This document shows positions 1 to 10,031 of a DNA stretch of 64,000 bases, piece after piece (the first letter of the stretch is position 1; every line of letters begins with the position of its first letter). Source of the stretch: Candidatus Omnitrophota bacterium (GTDB taxonomy: Bacteria; Omnitrophota; Gorgyraeia; Zapsychrales; JAHFFX01); assembly GCA_023247705.1 (NCBI GenBank), contig JAHFFY010000002.1:38251-102250 (forward strand), given 5' to 3'. The notes under the pieces were generated by a model. That model saw only the letters and a list, made by a program, of their open reading frames with translations. It made no database searches and had not been told where the DNA came from. Both the position numbers and the translations under genes were made by a program.

Positions 1-480
1 CTGGATAAATTCGCAAAGAACGCTCCGGATATTGATGTTTACGGCGCTAATTTATACCGGGGCGATTATGGTTTTGGATCTTTTTGGGAACAAGTCGCCG
101 GTGCGACGGGCAAGCCGGCCTTTGTCACTGAATTTGGCTGTCCGTCCTATGCGCTTCATTTAACACTGGATGAAGGGGAAACGGCGCAGGCCGATTACCA
201 TCGCGGAAATTGGACTGATATTCAGGAAAATAGCGCGGGTTATAGTGAAGGGAGCGGGAATGCTCTCGGAGGTGTTATTTTCGAGTGGATGGATGAGTGG
301 TGGAAAAATTATGAGCCATTTTTTCATGATCGCAAGTCCGACGCGATTGGGCCTTTTCCGGGAGGATATTATTATGAAGAATGGTTCGGACTTTCTGGTC
401 AAGGGAATGGGAAGAAAAGTCCATTTCTGCGCCATTTACGAAAAAGTTATTATGCCTATCAGGAAATGTTGAAGGATTAG
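1..480 (+). CDS. Glycoside hydrolase (GH2/clan GH-A TIM barrel-like), C-terminal part, 5' truncated by window
   Basis: Frame 1 open from base 1: LDKFAKNAPDIDVYGANLYRG...KPAFVTEFG...FEWMDEWWK...EEWFG; TEFG nucleophile-type motif. Confidence 0.75.
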   Translation: MDKFAKNAPDIDVYGANLYRGDYGFGSFWEQVAGATGKPAFVTEFGCPSYALHLTLDEGETAQADYHRGNWTDIQENSAGYSEGSGNALGGVIFEWMDEWWKNYEPFFHDRKSDAIGPFPGGYYYEEWFGLSGQGNGKKSPFLRHLRKSYYAYQEMLKD

Positions 481-788
481 TTAAAAGAGGGGAGGTGTAC
501 GCTTTAGAATTTGCTTATAAAAAATAACCCGGATTCTGCGAACGCAAATCCACTTGAAAGACAAAATGATTATTCGTCTGATGTGAATAGTCAAATTTAA
601 TACGGGAAAGGTGAGCATTCCCGCGGGGGATCTCCCATAAAATCTTTTGATTATATGGGGGGCTTAAAATTTTAAATGTGTTCATGGTCTTATCGCAAAC
701 ACAATGTGATTTTAAGCGAATCAAAGTTGCAAGCGTTATTAACATTAATGACAAGGAACACCTTGGGAATCAACAGGAGGAAACAAAA

Positions 789-1646
789 ATGAAAAAAGTT
801 TTATTCATCTTTGCATTACTAACGGCCTGCATTATCAGTAACCAGCCACAGTTGGTTTATGCATACAATTTTGGTGATTATCGGTCCGTGACATTAACGA
901 CAAAAGCCTGGGAGGCTTTAACCAATAATGATATCGAAGCTGTTTTGGCTTATACCAATAAATGCATTGAACTGTATGGTGAACAAGCCAAGAAAATGCA
1001 AAGCAGTTTGACGGATTATGCGACCGGAGATAATAAAGTTATTTTTAGTTATTGGGCTTTAAACGATGTCGCGACTTGTTTGTTCATTCAGGGAGAGGCC
1101 TATCGCAAGGCGAAGATGATGGATGAGGCCAAAGAGGTCTTTCAGAAATTGATTGACGAATACACCTATGGCCAATGTTGGGACCCGAAAGGTTGGTTCT
1201 GGAAACCTGCGGAAGCCGCTCAAGAAAAATTGGCGATGATTGAATCTGGTTCAGATGTGGATTTCGGCGATTATACCTCGATGACTCTCACGGTCAAGGC
1301 ATGGGATGCGCTCGCTAAAGATGATTTAGAGGGCGTTAAAACGTATACAAATAAATGCATTGATCTTTATGGCAAAAAAGCCAAAGAGATGCAAGATTCC
1401 ATGACGGAGTATGCTTGGGAATCAAAAGATAAAATTTTTTCTTACTGGGCATTGAATGACGTTGGAACTTGCTATTTCATTCTCGGTGAATCTTATCGCA
1501 AAGCGGGTAAAACCGATGAAGCCAAAGAAGCTTATAAGAAAGTCATTGATGATTATTTCTATGCTCAATGCTGGGATCCGCAAGGATGGTTCTGGAAACC
1601 TTCTGAAGGCGCCCAACAAAAGTTAGATGAGATCAACGGATCATAA
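789..1646 (+). CDS. Secreted TPR-like protein made of two tandem ~135-aa repeats
   Basis: AGGAGG upstream of ATG 789; signal peptide; duplicated FGDY.S.TLT.KAW.AL...YWALNDV...CWDP.GWFWKP. Confidence 0.8.
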   Translation: MKKVLFIFALLTACIISNQPQLVYAYNFGDYRSVTLTTKAWEALTNNDIEAVLAYTNKCIELYGEQAKKMQSSLTDYATGDNKVIFSYWALNDVATCLFIQGEAYRKAKMMDEAKEVFQKLIDEYTYGQCWDPKGWFWKPAEAAQEKLAMIESGSDVDFGDYTSMTLTVKAWDALAKDDLEGVKTYTNKCIDLYGKKAKEMQDSMTEYAWESKDKIFSYWALNDVGTCYFILGESYRKAGKTDEAKEAYKKVIDDYFYAQCWDPQGWFWKPSEGAQQKLDEINGS

Positions 1647-1849
1647 TGGTTGATTGGAAGTTGTTTTTGATTTGATCTTTGAATGAGTTTTTAGGAACCC
1701 AATATTTCGATTAAATCTCTTTGAGATTCAGTCATTTGGCCCTTCGGGCTACCGTTGCTTCCAGCATTTCCGAATAGGCTCGGTAAGGGAAGCAGCGGTG
1801 GCATACCATTGCTGTTCTTGGATTAATTTTTCGAGAAAGGTTATCTAAA

Positions 1850-2509
1850 ATGAGATATCGGTTAGGATTATTAATGGTTGTTCTGTGTTTCTTGTTTTTG
1901 GGATGCGGCAAGACTGCTTCTAGTGAAAAAATGAATTCTGGAGAAAACAGAAATTCTGGTCAGGCTTCTGCGGATGACGGGTCTGGACCGTTTCAGCCTT
2001 TCTTGATTTATGCTGATAAAGGGACGAGAAACAATCATTATGTCCCATCGGGTTTTATGCCTGATGGGAAATGCATTTTATTTGATGATACCTGGAAAGA
2101 AAATTGTCACAGCGGGAGTTCTTGCATCAAAATAGAATATGATGTCGCTTGTTCAAAACAGGGGCAAAAATGGGCGGGGATCTATTGGTTAAATCCTCCG
2201 AATAATTGGGGAACTCAAAAAGGCGGCTTTAATCTAACCGGCGCCCAGAAATTAACTTTTTGGGCTAAAGGAGAAAAAGGTTCCGAACGAATCGAAGAAT
2301 TCAAGATCGGAGGGATCACCGGGCAGTATCCTGACTCAGATACAGCGGTGATAGGGCCGGTGATTTTATCTCCTGAATGGAAAGAATATACGATCGATTT
2401 GAGAGGGAAAGATCTTACTTATATCAGTGGAGGATTTACCTGGGCGACAAACGTTGATGTTAATCCGGTCAACTGCGTTTTTTATCTTGATGATATTAAA
2501 TATGAATAA
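1850..2509 (+). CDS. Lipoprotein with carbohydrate-binding (galactose-binding-like) domain
   Basis: Lipobox FLGC; Trp-rich beta-sandwich with LTFWAKG, W.EYTIDL, FYLDDIKYE. Confidence 0.7.
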   Translation: MRYRLGLLMVVLCFLFLGCGKTASSEKMNSGENRNSGQASADDGSGPFQPFLIYADKGTRNNHYVPSGFMPDGKCILFDDTWKENCHSGSSCIKIEYDVACSKQGQKWAGIYWLNPPNNWGTQKGGFNLTGAQKLTFWAKGEKGSERIEEFKIGGITGQYPDSDTAVIGPVILSPEWKEYTIDLRGKDLTYISGGFTWATNVDVNPVNCVFYLDDIKYE

Positions 2510-2557
2510 TATTTCTAAATAATATTTCTTTTGTCGACGGGTAACTCAAAATTTCAA

Positions 2558-2592
2558 TCAGGACAGTCCTTTGGGCCTGTCCTGTGTTTTTA
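2558..2592 (+). terminator. Probable intrinsic terminator
   Basis: CAGGACAG...CTGTCCTG stem followed by T-run. Confidence 0.5.
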
Positions 2593-2729
2593 TGAGTATC
2601 TTTGCAGTCATTGGGAATTTATATTCGTATCTTGATTAAAAATTATGATAAAAAAATCTAAAATCCCTTGTATTCATGTTAATCCTTTGATATCATGCCT
2701 TTCAGCTTGAGGTAAGAAAAGGAGACAAG

Positions 2730-4145
2730 ATGTCCAAAGTCGCGAAATTAATCATTTTGATTTTATTCCTTCTTCTTGGAGCTAGTATTTTTGTTATTTT
2801 CTCTACGTTGTCCCAAAAACAATCGTTGGAAAAAGCCAAAAAAGATCTGGAAGACCAAGTCTTGAAAGGTGAAACTTTAGCTAAGAACCTGACAGGAGAA
2901 AAGGTATCTTTAGAGAAAGCCAAAACGGATTTGGAAGATCAGCTTAATGAAATTCAGGCGACGAAAAGCAAATTAGAAAAAGACGTTGAGAAACTCAATT
3001 CTCAGGTCAAAAGTTTTGATGTTCAGATTAAAGATTTAATGAGAGAGAAAGATGAGTGGAAGGGCCGCGTTGATTCCATTAAAAAAGAACGCGACGATTT
3101 GATGACCCGCATCCAAGATAAAGAGAAAGAATTAGCAAAGAAAAATTTAGAAATCTCAACGTTAAATCAAACCATCAGCCAACAGACAGCTCAACAACCC
3201 GCGCAAACTGGGGCATACGTTCCCGTTCCTTCTGCGGCGACTTCCGCGGCAGCGCAGACAAGTCCTTCCGGAAATCAATCGAATAATGAATCAGAGTCTT
3301 ATCTCGCGCAGGTTTTAAAAGAAAAGGCCAATCTTGAGGTACAAATAAGCGACCTGAAGAATAAATTAAATAGTAGCAGTTTAAATGTTGTCGAACTGAA
3401 AAATAAACTTGATAATGTAGAGGTGGAACTGAATGGTCTTAAGAGCGAAAAAATCGATATCGAAAATAAAGTAAAATATAACGAAGATTTAGCCAATACG
3501 CTTTCGATTGATTTAGCTCGCTCCAAGAACGATAAAAAAGGCGTCAGTGATCGGGTCGAACAGCTGCGCCTTGATAACACGGATCTCCGAGGGCAGATTA
3601 AAAATTTGACCAATACGAAAATGGCGTTGGAAAAAAGCGTTGTCCAGCTTACTGATCAAAAGAATAATATAGAAAAGAAATTAGCGGAAACGGAAAGCGT
3701 CATTCAAGGCCGCATTAATGAAATTTTGGAAATGAAAGACAGTCTAGATAAACCCGCTTTTAAAGAAAAGCTGGATGAGCTTTCCCAGCTTCAAAGCAGC
3801 ATTGCCACTAAATATAAATCGTCGGAAGATACGAAGGAAATTGAATTGCCCCCGATTGTTGTGAGCGCTGGGGGATCGTACGCCGGCAAAATGCCGCAGG
3901 CCGTTGAAGAAAATGGCGGCGCTTCGGGATTAAATGGGCGCATCGTGAGTATCAATGAGGAAAACAATTTTGCGATTGTTGATCTGGGAGAAGATAGCGG
4001 CGTCCAGATAGGCGACACGTTAAATGTTTATCGTGATACCGAAGTCATCGCGACTTTAAGCATCATCCAAGTCAGAAAAGATGTGTCGGCAGCTGATATC
4101 ATCAAACTATCGGCAAAATTAAAAGTTGGCGATACTGTTCAGTAA
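2730..4145 (+). CDS. Membrane-anchored long coiled-coil protein with small C-terminal beta domain
   Basis: N-terminal TM, heptad K/E/L-rich body, C-terminal IVDLGEDSGVQIGD motif. Confidence 0.7.
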   Translation: MSKVAKLIILILFLLLGASIFVIFSTLSQKQSLEKAKKDLEDQVLKGETLAKNLTGEKVSLEKAKTDLEDQLNEIQATKSKLEKDVEKLNSQVKSFDVQIKDLMREKDEWKGRVDSIKKERDDLMTRIQDKEKELAKKNLEISTLNQTISQQTAQQPAQTGAYVPVPSAATSAAAQTSPSGNQSNNESESYLAQVLKEKANLEVQISDLKNKLNSSSLNVVELKNKLDNVEVELNGLKSEKIDIENKVKYNEDLANTLSIDLARSKNDKKGVSDRVEQLRLDNTDLRGQIKNLTNTKMALEKSVVQLTDQKNNIEKKLAETESVIQGRINEILEMKDSLDKPAFKEKLDELSQLQSSIATKYKSSEDTKEIELPPIVVSAGGSYAGKMPQAVEENGGASGLNGRIVSINEENNFAIVDLGEDSGVQIGDTLNVYRDTEVIATLSIIQVRKDVSAADIIKLSAKLKVGDTVQ

Positions 4146-4180
4146 GTTGGAGGGTGTTTTAATCTGCTGCTTTAGAAAAA

Positions 4181-5179
4181 GTGAATAAGACAAAAATCAG
4201 TATACATGATGTAGCTCAACGCGCAGGTGTTTCTATAACGACCGTTTCCCGCGTTATCAATAACGTTCCCACCGTTAACAAAAAAAATCAAGCCAAAGTA
4301 GAAGAAGCTGTTGCATTTTTAAAGTATAAACCTAACGTGAGCGCTCAGCGCTTGGCCAAAGGTTTAAATAACGCCATGGGATTGGTTATGCCTGGTTATC
4401 CAGGGATATTCCATTCTTTTTATGCCGTGGAGCTTGTCCGCGGTGTTGGGCATGCGTGTGAAGCGTTAAGGCTGGATTTGCTTTTTCATATTACTAATGG
4501 CCAGAATCCGATCACCACCTCGAATGTGGGCGGTATTATTTTTGCTGATATCATCGAAAATCGGAAACAAGTGGAATCGACCTTGGAAGAAGGGATTCCT
4601 TGTATGGTGATCAATAATATTGTTGAAGATTTGGATATCAATTATGTGGCGATCGATAATAAGATGGGTGGTTTATTGGCGGTTGAATATTTGATTGGGT
4701 TAGGACATAAAAAAATCGCCACCGTGACCGGTAATGTGCATACGCAATCCGGGGCTCATCGTTTAGAAGGATATAAGAAAGCTTTACAGGAGAAGAATAT
4801 TTCTGTTCGTCTGGAATATATTGCGCAAGGTGATTATTCCCGTCGCAGCGCAAGAGTGGCGGTTGAAAAGATTTTAGCGCTCGAGGACCGCCCGACCGCC
4901 ATTTTTGCCGCGAGCGATGATATGGCTTTGGAAATCATAGCGTTTCTGTTGGAAAAACGGTTCAAGGTCCCTCAGGATATCTCGATTATCGGATTCGATG
5001 ATAATCCTTCCGCGATTTACGGGCCGGTCGCTTTGACGACCATTCAGCAGCCTTTGTTTCAGATGGCCGAAGAAGCGGTCAAATATTTGAACGCGATTGT
5101 TTCCGGAAAAAAGCGCGCTCCGGTCAAAGTTATTCTTCCAACCCAATTAGTGATCAGAGAATCCTGCGCCGCTCAATAA
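4181..5179 (+). CDS. LacI family transcriptional regulator
   Basis: IHDVAQRAGVSITTVSRVIN HTH; VPQDISIIGFDD; LTTIQQP. Confidence 0.95.
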   Translation: MNKTKISIHDVAQRAGVSITTVSRVINNVPTVNKKNQAKVEEAVAFLKYKPNVSAQRLAKGLNNAMGLVMPGYPGIFHSFYAVELVRGVGHACEALRLDLLFHITNGQNPITTSNVGGIIFADIIENRKQVESTLEEGIPCMVINNIVEDLDINYVAIDNKMGGLLAVEYLIGLGHKKIATVTGNVHTQSGAHRLEGYKKALQEKNISVRLEYIAQGDYSRRSARVAVEKILALEDRPTAIFAASDDMALEIIAFLLEKRFKVPQDISIIGFDDNPSAIYGPVALTTIQQPLFQMAEEAVKYLNAIVSGKKRAPVKVILPTQLVIRESCAAQ

Positions 5180-5322
5180 TTTTTTTACGCCCTAACGGTA
5201 TCTTTAAGCAAAATCCTCCTCGACTCCGGTGATCCAAGAGAAGAGATTGACAACGCAAGACTTTGGCTGTAATATTTAGTTCTTGTTATGGAGCTTTCCT
5301 TAAATAAATCAAAGGAGATCCA

Positions 5323-5493
5323 TTGGGTATTCTTATGACAATCATGATGTTTGCTCTCTGGATTTTTTCGATCATTGGGTTGCTGATCCTGATTTTTACA
5401 GGTTTTCAATATGCCGATTTGAATATTATCGTGGGGATCTTTATCGGCTTTACCTTATTAAACAGTTTTTTGGATGTTCACAAACGGAAATAA
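5323..5493 (+). CDS. Small 56-aa two-TM membrane protein (not in ORF track)
   Basis: AAGGAG upstream of TTG; MGILMTIMMFALWIFSIIGLLILIFTGFQYADLNIIVGIFIGFTLLNSFLDVHKRK. Confidence 0.55.
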   Translation: MGILMTIMMFALWIFSIIGLLILIFTGFQYADLNIIVGIFIGFTLLNSFLDVHKRK

Positions 5494-5522
5494 TGATCAA
5501 ATTTTAGATTAAGGTCGTTTTT

Positions 5523-7409
5523 ATGAAGGAAAATTATTTTGATTGCGTGGTGATTGGCGGAGGTCATGCGGGTGTTGAAGCCGCGTTAGCTTCCAGCCGG
5601 ATGGGTGCTAAGACGTTGATGGTGACGTTGTTCACTGACACGATTGGCCAGATGAGCTGCAATCCGGCGATCGGCGGGGTGGGCAAAGGCCAACTCGTCA
5701 AGGAAATCGATGCCCTGGGCGGTGAAATGGGAAAGGCCGCGGACGCAACCGGTATTCAGTTCCGGCAACTTAACGCCTCGAAAGGTCAGGCGGTCCGGTC
5801 TTCCCGCTGCCAATCGGACCGGCTGCGATATAAGTTATATATTCAAGCGACGGTCCGCGATCAAGCAAACCTGACCGTTCGACCGGATAAAGTCAGCGAA
5901 ATCCTTGTCGATCATCACCGCATTGTCGGCATTAAGACAGAATCCGGCGAACAGATCCATTGTAAGACAGTCGTCGTCACCACGGGAACATTTTTAAGAG
6001 GCCGAATCCATGTCGGAGAGTCGATCACTCCTGGCGGACGAGTGGGTGAACCGGCATCTTACCGGCTGGCGGATTGCCTGCAGAATTTGGGTTTTCCTCT
6101 TTTAAGCTTCAAGACCGGTACACCCCCGCGCCTCGATGGCCGGACGATTGATTTCACTCATCTCGAGCGGCAGGATTCGGATGAACGTCCCATTCCGTTT
6201 TCATTTCGGACCAAGAAGTTGCCGACGGATTTATTGCCTTGCTATATCACGCGCACCACCGAACAAACCCTCGCCATCATTAAAGATAATTTACATTTGT
6301 CCCCGATGTATTCGGGCCGGATCCAATCGACGGGTGTGCGCTATTGCCCTTCGATTGAAGACAAGATCGTCAAATTTAAAGACAAGCTGACCCATCAGGT
6401 ATTTTTGGAGCCTGAGGGTTTGGATACTTTCGAGTATTATCCTAACGGCATTTCAACGGGTTTGCCCGCTGAAGTTCAAGAAACGATGGTCCATTCGATC
6501 AAAGGACTGGAGCACGCGAAATTGATCCGTCCGGGATATTCCATTGAGCATGGCGTTGTTCCGGCCACGGAATTGACAGCGTATCTAGAAACAAAAAAAG
6601 TGAAAGGACTTTTTCTAGCCGGCCAGATCAATGGCACGACCGGCTACGAAGAAGCCGCGGCCCAGGGGATCATGGCGGGGATCAATGCGGTCTTGAGTGC
6701 CAGAAACGAAACACCTTTTGTCCTGAGACGGCATGAAGCTTACATCGGCGTTTTGATTGATGATCTGGTGACCAAGGGAACAGACGAGCCTTATCGCATG
6801 TTCACCTCGCGTGTCGAACATCGATTGATTGTTCGAGAGGACAACGCGGATAAAAGATTGGCCAAATACGGACATCAATTCGGATTAATCGCCCCGGAAG
6901 AGTTTGATCAGATCAACCAGAAATATGCGGCGATTGATCAAGAGATCGAACATCTCAAAACCACGCGTATCCCTCCGGGAACTTCGCTGGATGAAGAATT
7001 AGAAAAAATCAACAGCAGTCCGATCCGTCAGCCGGTCCTGCTCAGTGATCTCTTAAAAAGACCGGAAGTCCGATACCATACGATCGCTGCGTTCGATGGG
7101 CATTTGAAAAATTTTCCGCAGGAAGTGATTGACCAGGTTGAATACGAAATTAAATATGAAGGGTTTATCCAGCGGCAATATAAAATGGTCGATCGTTTCC
7201 GCCATATCGAGAACATCAAGATCCCCGCGAATTTCGATTATGAACAAGTCCACAGCCTTTCCAGGGAAATTAGAGAAAAACTAAAAAGATTTTCTCCTTC
7301 TTCCTTAGGCCAGGCCAACCGGATTTCTGGCGTAACCCCGGCGGCGATATCGATCTTGATGATTTATTTGCGTAAAAAAAGTCTAGAGAAGAAAGATCAG
7401 AAAATCTAA
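5523..7409 (+). CDS. mnmG: tRNA uridine-5-carboxymethylaminomethyl synthesis enzyme MnmG/GidA
   Basis: [41 protein letters not shown]. Confidence 0.98.
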   Translation: MKENYFDCVVIGGGHAGVEAALASSRMGAKTLMVTLFTDTIGQMSCNPAIGGVGKGQLVKEIDALGGEMGKAADATGIQFRQLNASKGQAVRSSRCQSDRLRYKLYIQATVRDQANLTVRPDKVSEILVDHHRIVGIKTESGEQIHCKTVVVTTGTFLRGRIHVGESITPGGRVGEPASYRLADCLQNLGFPLLSFKTGTPPRLDGRTIDFTHLERQDSDERPIPFSFRTKKLPTDLLPCYITRTTEQTLAIIKDNLHLSPMYSGRIQSTGVRYCPSIEDKIVKFKDKLTHQVFLEPEGLDTFEYYPNGISTGLPAEVQETMVHSIKGLEHAKLIRPGYSIEHGVVPATELTAYLETKKVKGLFLAGQINGTTGYEEAAAQGIMAGINAVLSARNETPFVLRRHEAYIGVLIDDLVTKGTDEPYRMFTSRVEHRLIVREDNADKRLAKYGHQFGLIAPEEFDQINQKYAAIDQEIEHLKTTRIPPGTSLDEELEKINSSPIRQPVLLSDLLKRPEVRYHTIAAFDGHLKNFPQEVIDQVEYEIKYEGFIQRQYKMVDRFRHIENIKIPANFDYEQVHSLSREIREKLKRFSPSSLGQANRISGVTPAAISILMIYLRKKSLEKKDQKI

Positions 7410-7491
7410 ATCCATAATCAAGGAGGAATACAAGATGAACCCAACAAGCGAAATGATGAAAGAAAAGGCAGAAAAAGGGAGGACGAGTTCC

Positions 7492-8424
7492 ATGAAGATC
7501 GCAAAAGATGTGACAGAGTTGATTGGGCATACACCTTTAGTCAGATTAAACAAGGTGACGGAAGGATGCGGGGCGGAGGTTGTGGCTAAACTGGAATTTT
7601 ATAATCCCTTGGGTTCGGTCAAGGACCGCATCGGTTTCGCGATGATTGAAGCAGCGGAAAAAGCCGGCAAGATCAAGAAAGATACGGTGATCCTGGAACC
7701 GACGTCGGGAAATACCGGAATTGCCTTGGCGTTTGTCTGCGCGGTCAAAGGATATCAATTAACGTTAACGATGCCGGAGACGATGAGCTTGGAACGCCGT
7801 GCTTTATTGAAGGCCTTAGGTGCGAATCTTGTTCTGACTCCTGGTCCGGACGGGATGCGCGGCGCGATCGCGAAGGCCAATGAATTGGCGGCTTCAGATA
7901 AGAAATATTTCATTCCGCAGCAATTCGACAATCCGGCCAACCCGGAGATCCACCGCAACACCACCGCCGAAGAGATCTGGAACGATACCGACGGCAAAGT
8001 TGATATCTTGATTTCCGGAATCGGAACCGGCGGAACCATCACCGGTGTTTCGGAAGTCATCAAGAAAAGAAAACCGTCCTTCAAAGCGATCGCGATTGAA
8101 CCCAAAGGTTCACCGGTCCTTTCCGGCGGAAAACCCGGTCCGCATAAAATCCAGGGCATCGGAGCCGGTTTCACGCCGTCTATCTTAAATACAAAGATCA
8201 TTGATGAAATCATTCAAGTCGATAACGATGAGGCGTTTGCTTATGCCAAACGGGTGATTCGTGAAGAAGGATTGCTCGTCGGAATTTCTTCCGGCGCCGC
8301 CGTTTGTGCCGCGTTGCAGGTCGCCAAAAGACCGGAAAATAAAGGGAAGTTAATTGTAGTCATTATTCCCAGCACCGGTGAGCGTTATCTCAGCACGGAC
8401 TTGTTTGCGGAGTTTAGAAGTTAA
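7492..8424 (+). CDS. cysK: Cysteine synthase A (alternative start 7435)
   Basis: [12 protein letters not shown] lysine, [19 protein letters not shown]. Confidence 0.96.
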   Translation: MKIAKDVTELIGHTPLVRLNKVTEGCGAEVVAKLEFYNPLGSVKDRIGFAMIEAAEKAGKIKKDTVILEPTSGNTGIALAFVCAVKGYQLTLTMPETMSLERRALLKALGANLVLTPGPDGMRGAIAKANELAASDKKYFIPQQFDNPANPEIHRNTTAEEIWNDTDGKVDILISGIGTGGTITGVSEVIKKRKPSFKAIAIEPKGSPVLSGGKPGPHKIQGIGAGFTPSILNTKIIDEIIQVDNDEAFAYAKRVIREEGLLVGISSGAAVCAALQVAKRPENKGKLIVVIIPSTGERYLSTDLFAEFRS

Positions 8425-8458
8425 TTTAGATGTAGAAGAAACATAGAAGAGTAAACTC

Positions 8459-8492
8459 AGGGGACAGAGATTTATTTTCTGTCCCCTTTTTT
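8459..8492 (+). terminator. Intrinsic terminator after cysK
   Basis: GGGGACAGA...TCTGTCCCC followed by T6. Confidence 0.7.
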
Positions 8493-8503
8493 AGGATAAA
8501 TTT

Positions 8504-9157
8504 ATGGAAAATATAAAGATTTTAAAGAACGAAAACAGTATTTCAATTATAGGATTCTCAGATGCAGCTAAAGTAATAAAAATTGATGGCCCAAAGGTAA
8601 AAAGATTAAATGATTTATTGCTTCACAGGATGGATCTTGAATTTTCCGAATATTGTTTGAATGCCATTAATAAAGTACATAAAGAAGAAAATCAATTAAG
8701 GCAATCGTTATGGAGATCTGCGATTGTTAATTATTTCAAATGTTTTGCTTCTAATAAGTCACGTTCTCAATTAAGTGAGATCAGAATATATAAAAGTGAT
8801 TCTATGGCATTAGAAATATTTACTTATTTTAAAAACCTAAGAAACAAATATTTTATTCATGATGAGAATTCTTATACTCAAAGCATTTCTGGGGCTATTC
8901 TAAATCAAGGGAATAAATCTTATAAGATTGAGAAGCTTATAACACTGGGAATACTTGGTGAAACACTAGAAGATGCTAATTTTAGTAATTTATCTCTTCT
9001 AATAAAGATAGCCCAAAGATGGGTTGATCATGAATATGATGTAATAGCCAAAGATATTACTCGTGAATTAGAGGCAATTCCATACGACGAACTTTTAAAA
9101 CGTGAAGAGGTCTCATTTAGAATTTCTGATATTTCAAAAGTTGATAAAGAGCGATAA
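8504..9157 (+). CDS. AT-rich hypothetical protein, possible HEPN-family RNase
   Basis: Helical protein with LRNKYFIH (R-x5-H); markedly AT-rich versus neighbours. Confidence 0.5.
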   Translation: MENIKILKNENSISIIGFSDAAKVIKIDGPKVKRLNDLLLHRMDLEFSEYCLNAINKVHKEENQLRQSLWRSAIVNYFKCFASNKSRSQLSEIRIYKSDSMALEIFTYFKNLRNKYFIHDENSYTQSISGAILNQGNKSYKIEKLITLGILGETLEDANFSNLSLLIKIAQRWVDHEYDVIAKDITRELEAIPYDELLKREEVSFRISDISKVDKER

Positions 9158-9186
9158 AAACATAAATTTTTAGGACGTTAGATTAT

Positions 9187-10031
9187 ATGTCTAATAGGCA
9201 ATTGCTTTCTCCTAATCTAAAGTTTTTCCTCCTTATTGTGTTGCTGTTTGTCTGTTGGCTTATCGGCCGCTATATCCCCTTTGACATCGAATTCTACAAA
9301 CAATTTCTAGCTCAGTATCCCCTGGCTTTGTCCGGACTGATTTTTGTCGTGGCCTATGTCATTATGACTTTCTTTGTTTGGTTTTCCAAAGACCTGTTTA
9401 GACTGGCCGCGGCGATTTTGTTCGGTGCTTATTGGAGTACCTTGTTTGTCTGGATCGCCGAGATGATCAATCTCGTTATTTTGTTTCATATAAGTCGGAA
9501 TTTAGGACGGGAATTCGTTGAACAGAAGTTTAAATTAAAACCGGTCGTAACAGCGGATGACGGACATTATTTCTGGCGGGTCTTTGCTTTGCGGATCGTG
9601 CCGATCATCGCATTCAAGTTTTTAGACCTGGGGTTCGGTTTGACCAAGATTTCTTTCCGGAAATATTTTATATCGCTGATCGCGTCTCCCTTAAGGATTT
9701 TCTGGGTGCAGTTTATTCTCGCCGGAGTGGGGGACGCGCTTTTTAAAGATCCGCTGGCGATGTTTTAGAACTTATCCCAAAATTTCTCGTCAGGATTTTC
9801 GTGCGGGTGGCCCGGAGGCGGGTTCCCTGCCGCCCGCAGGTGATGAGGACGGCAGGGTGCCGCAGGGACAGAACCCGCAACAAATTCACAGAAGCAATTT
9901 TGGGACAAGTTCTAGTGCAGGATTATTTATTGAAGAATCAGATCGTCTATGCGTTCAGCCTGGGATATCTGGTGATTTCGATCGCGCTGGTTGTTTGGTA
10001 TAAGAAAACGAATCGAAGAAAGGTTAATTGA
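9187..10031 (+). pseudogene. TVP38/TMEM64 (DedA/VTT) membrane protein interrupted near its 3' end by a 149-bp element
   Basis: VTT-type motifs; ORF stops at TAG 9766-9768 inside the element; last TM helix continues from GTG 9915. Confidence 0.7.
9766..9914. mobile_element. MITE-like element with 19-bp terminal inverted repeats
   Basis: TAGAACTTATCCCAAAATT ... AATTTTGGGACAAGTTCTA (1 mismatch); GC-rich self-complementary interior. Confidence 0.8.

Noticed and set aside
531-600. c-di-GMP-I riboswitch (GCAAA...GAAA)
   Set aside because: P2 pairing and the downstream GACGCAAAGC motif are absent
728-741. LacI/cre-like operator TGCAAGCGTTATTA
   Set aside because: Imperfect palindrome seen only once; too weak to call
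9835-9860. Hammerhead ribozyme in the MITE (GTGATGAG)
   Set aside because: Core needs CUGANGA and a GAAA segment; not present
9801-10031. Independent 76-aa ORF
   Set aside because: N-half is translated MITE sequence; C-half is the detached end of the VTT gene
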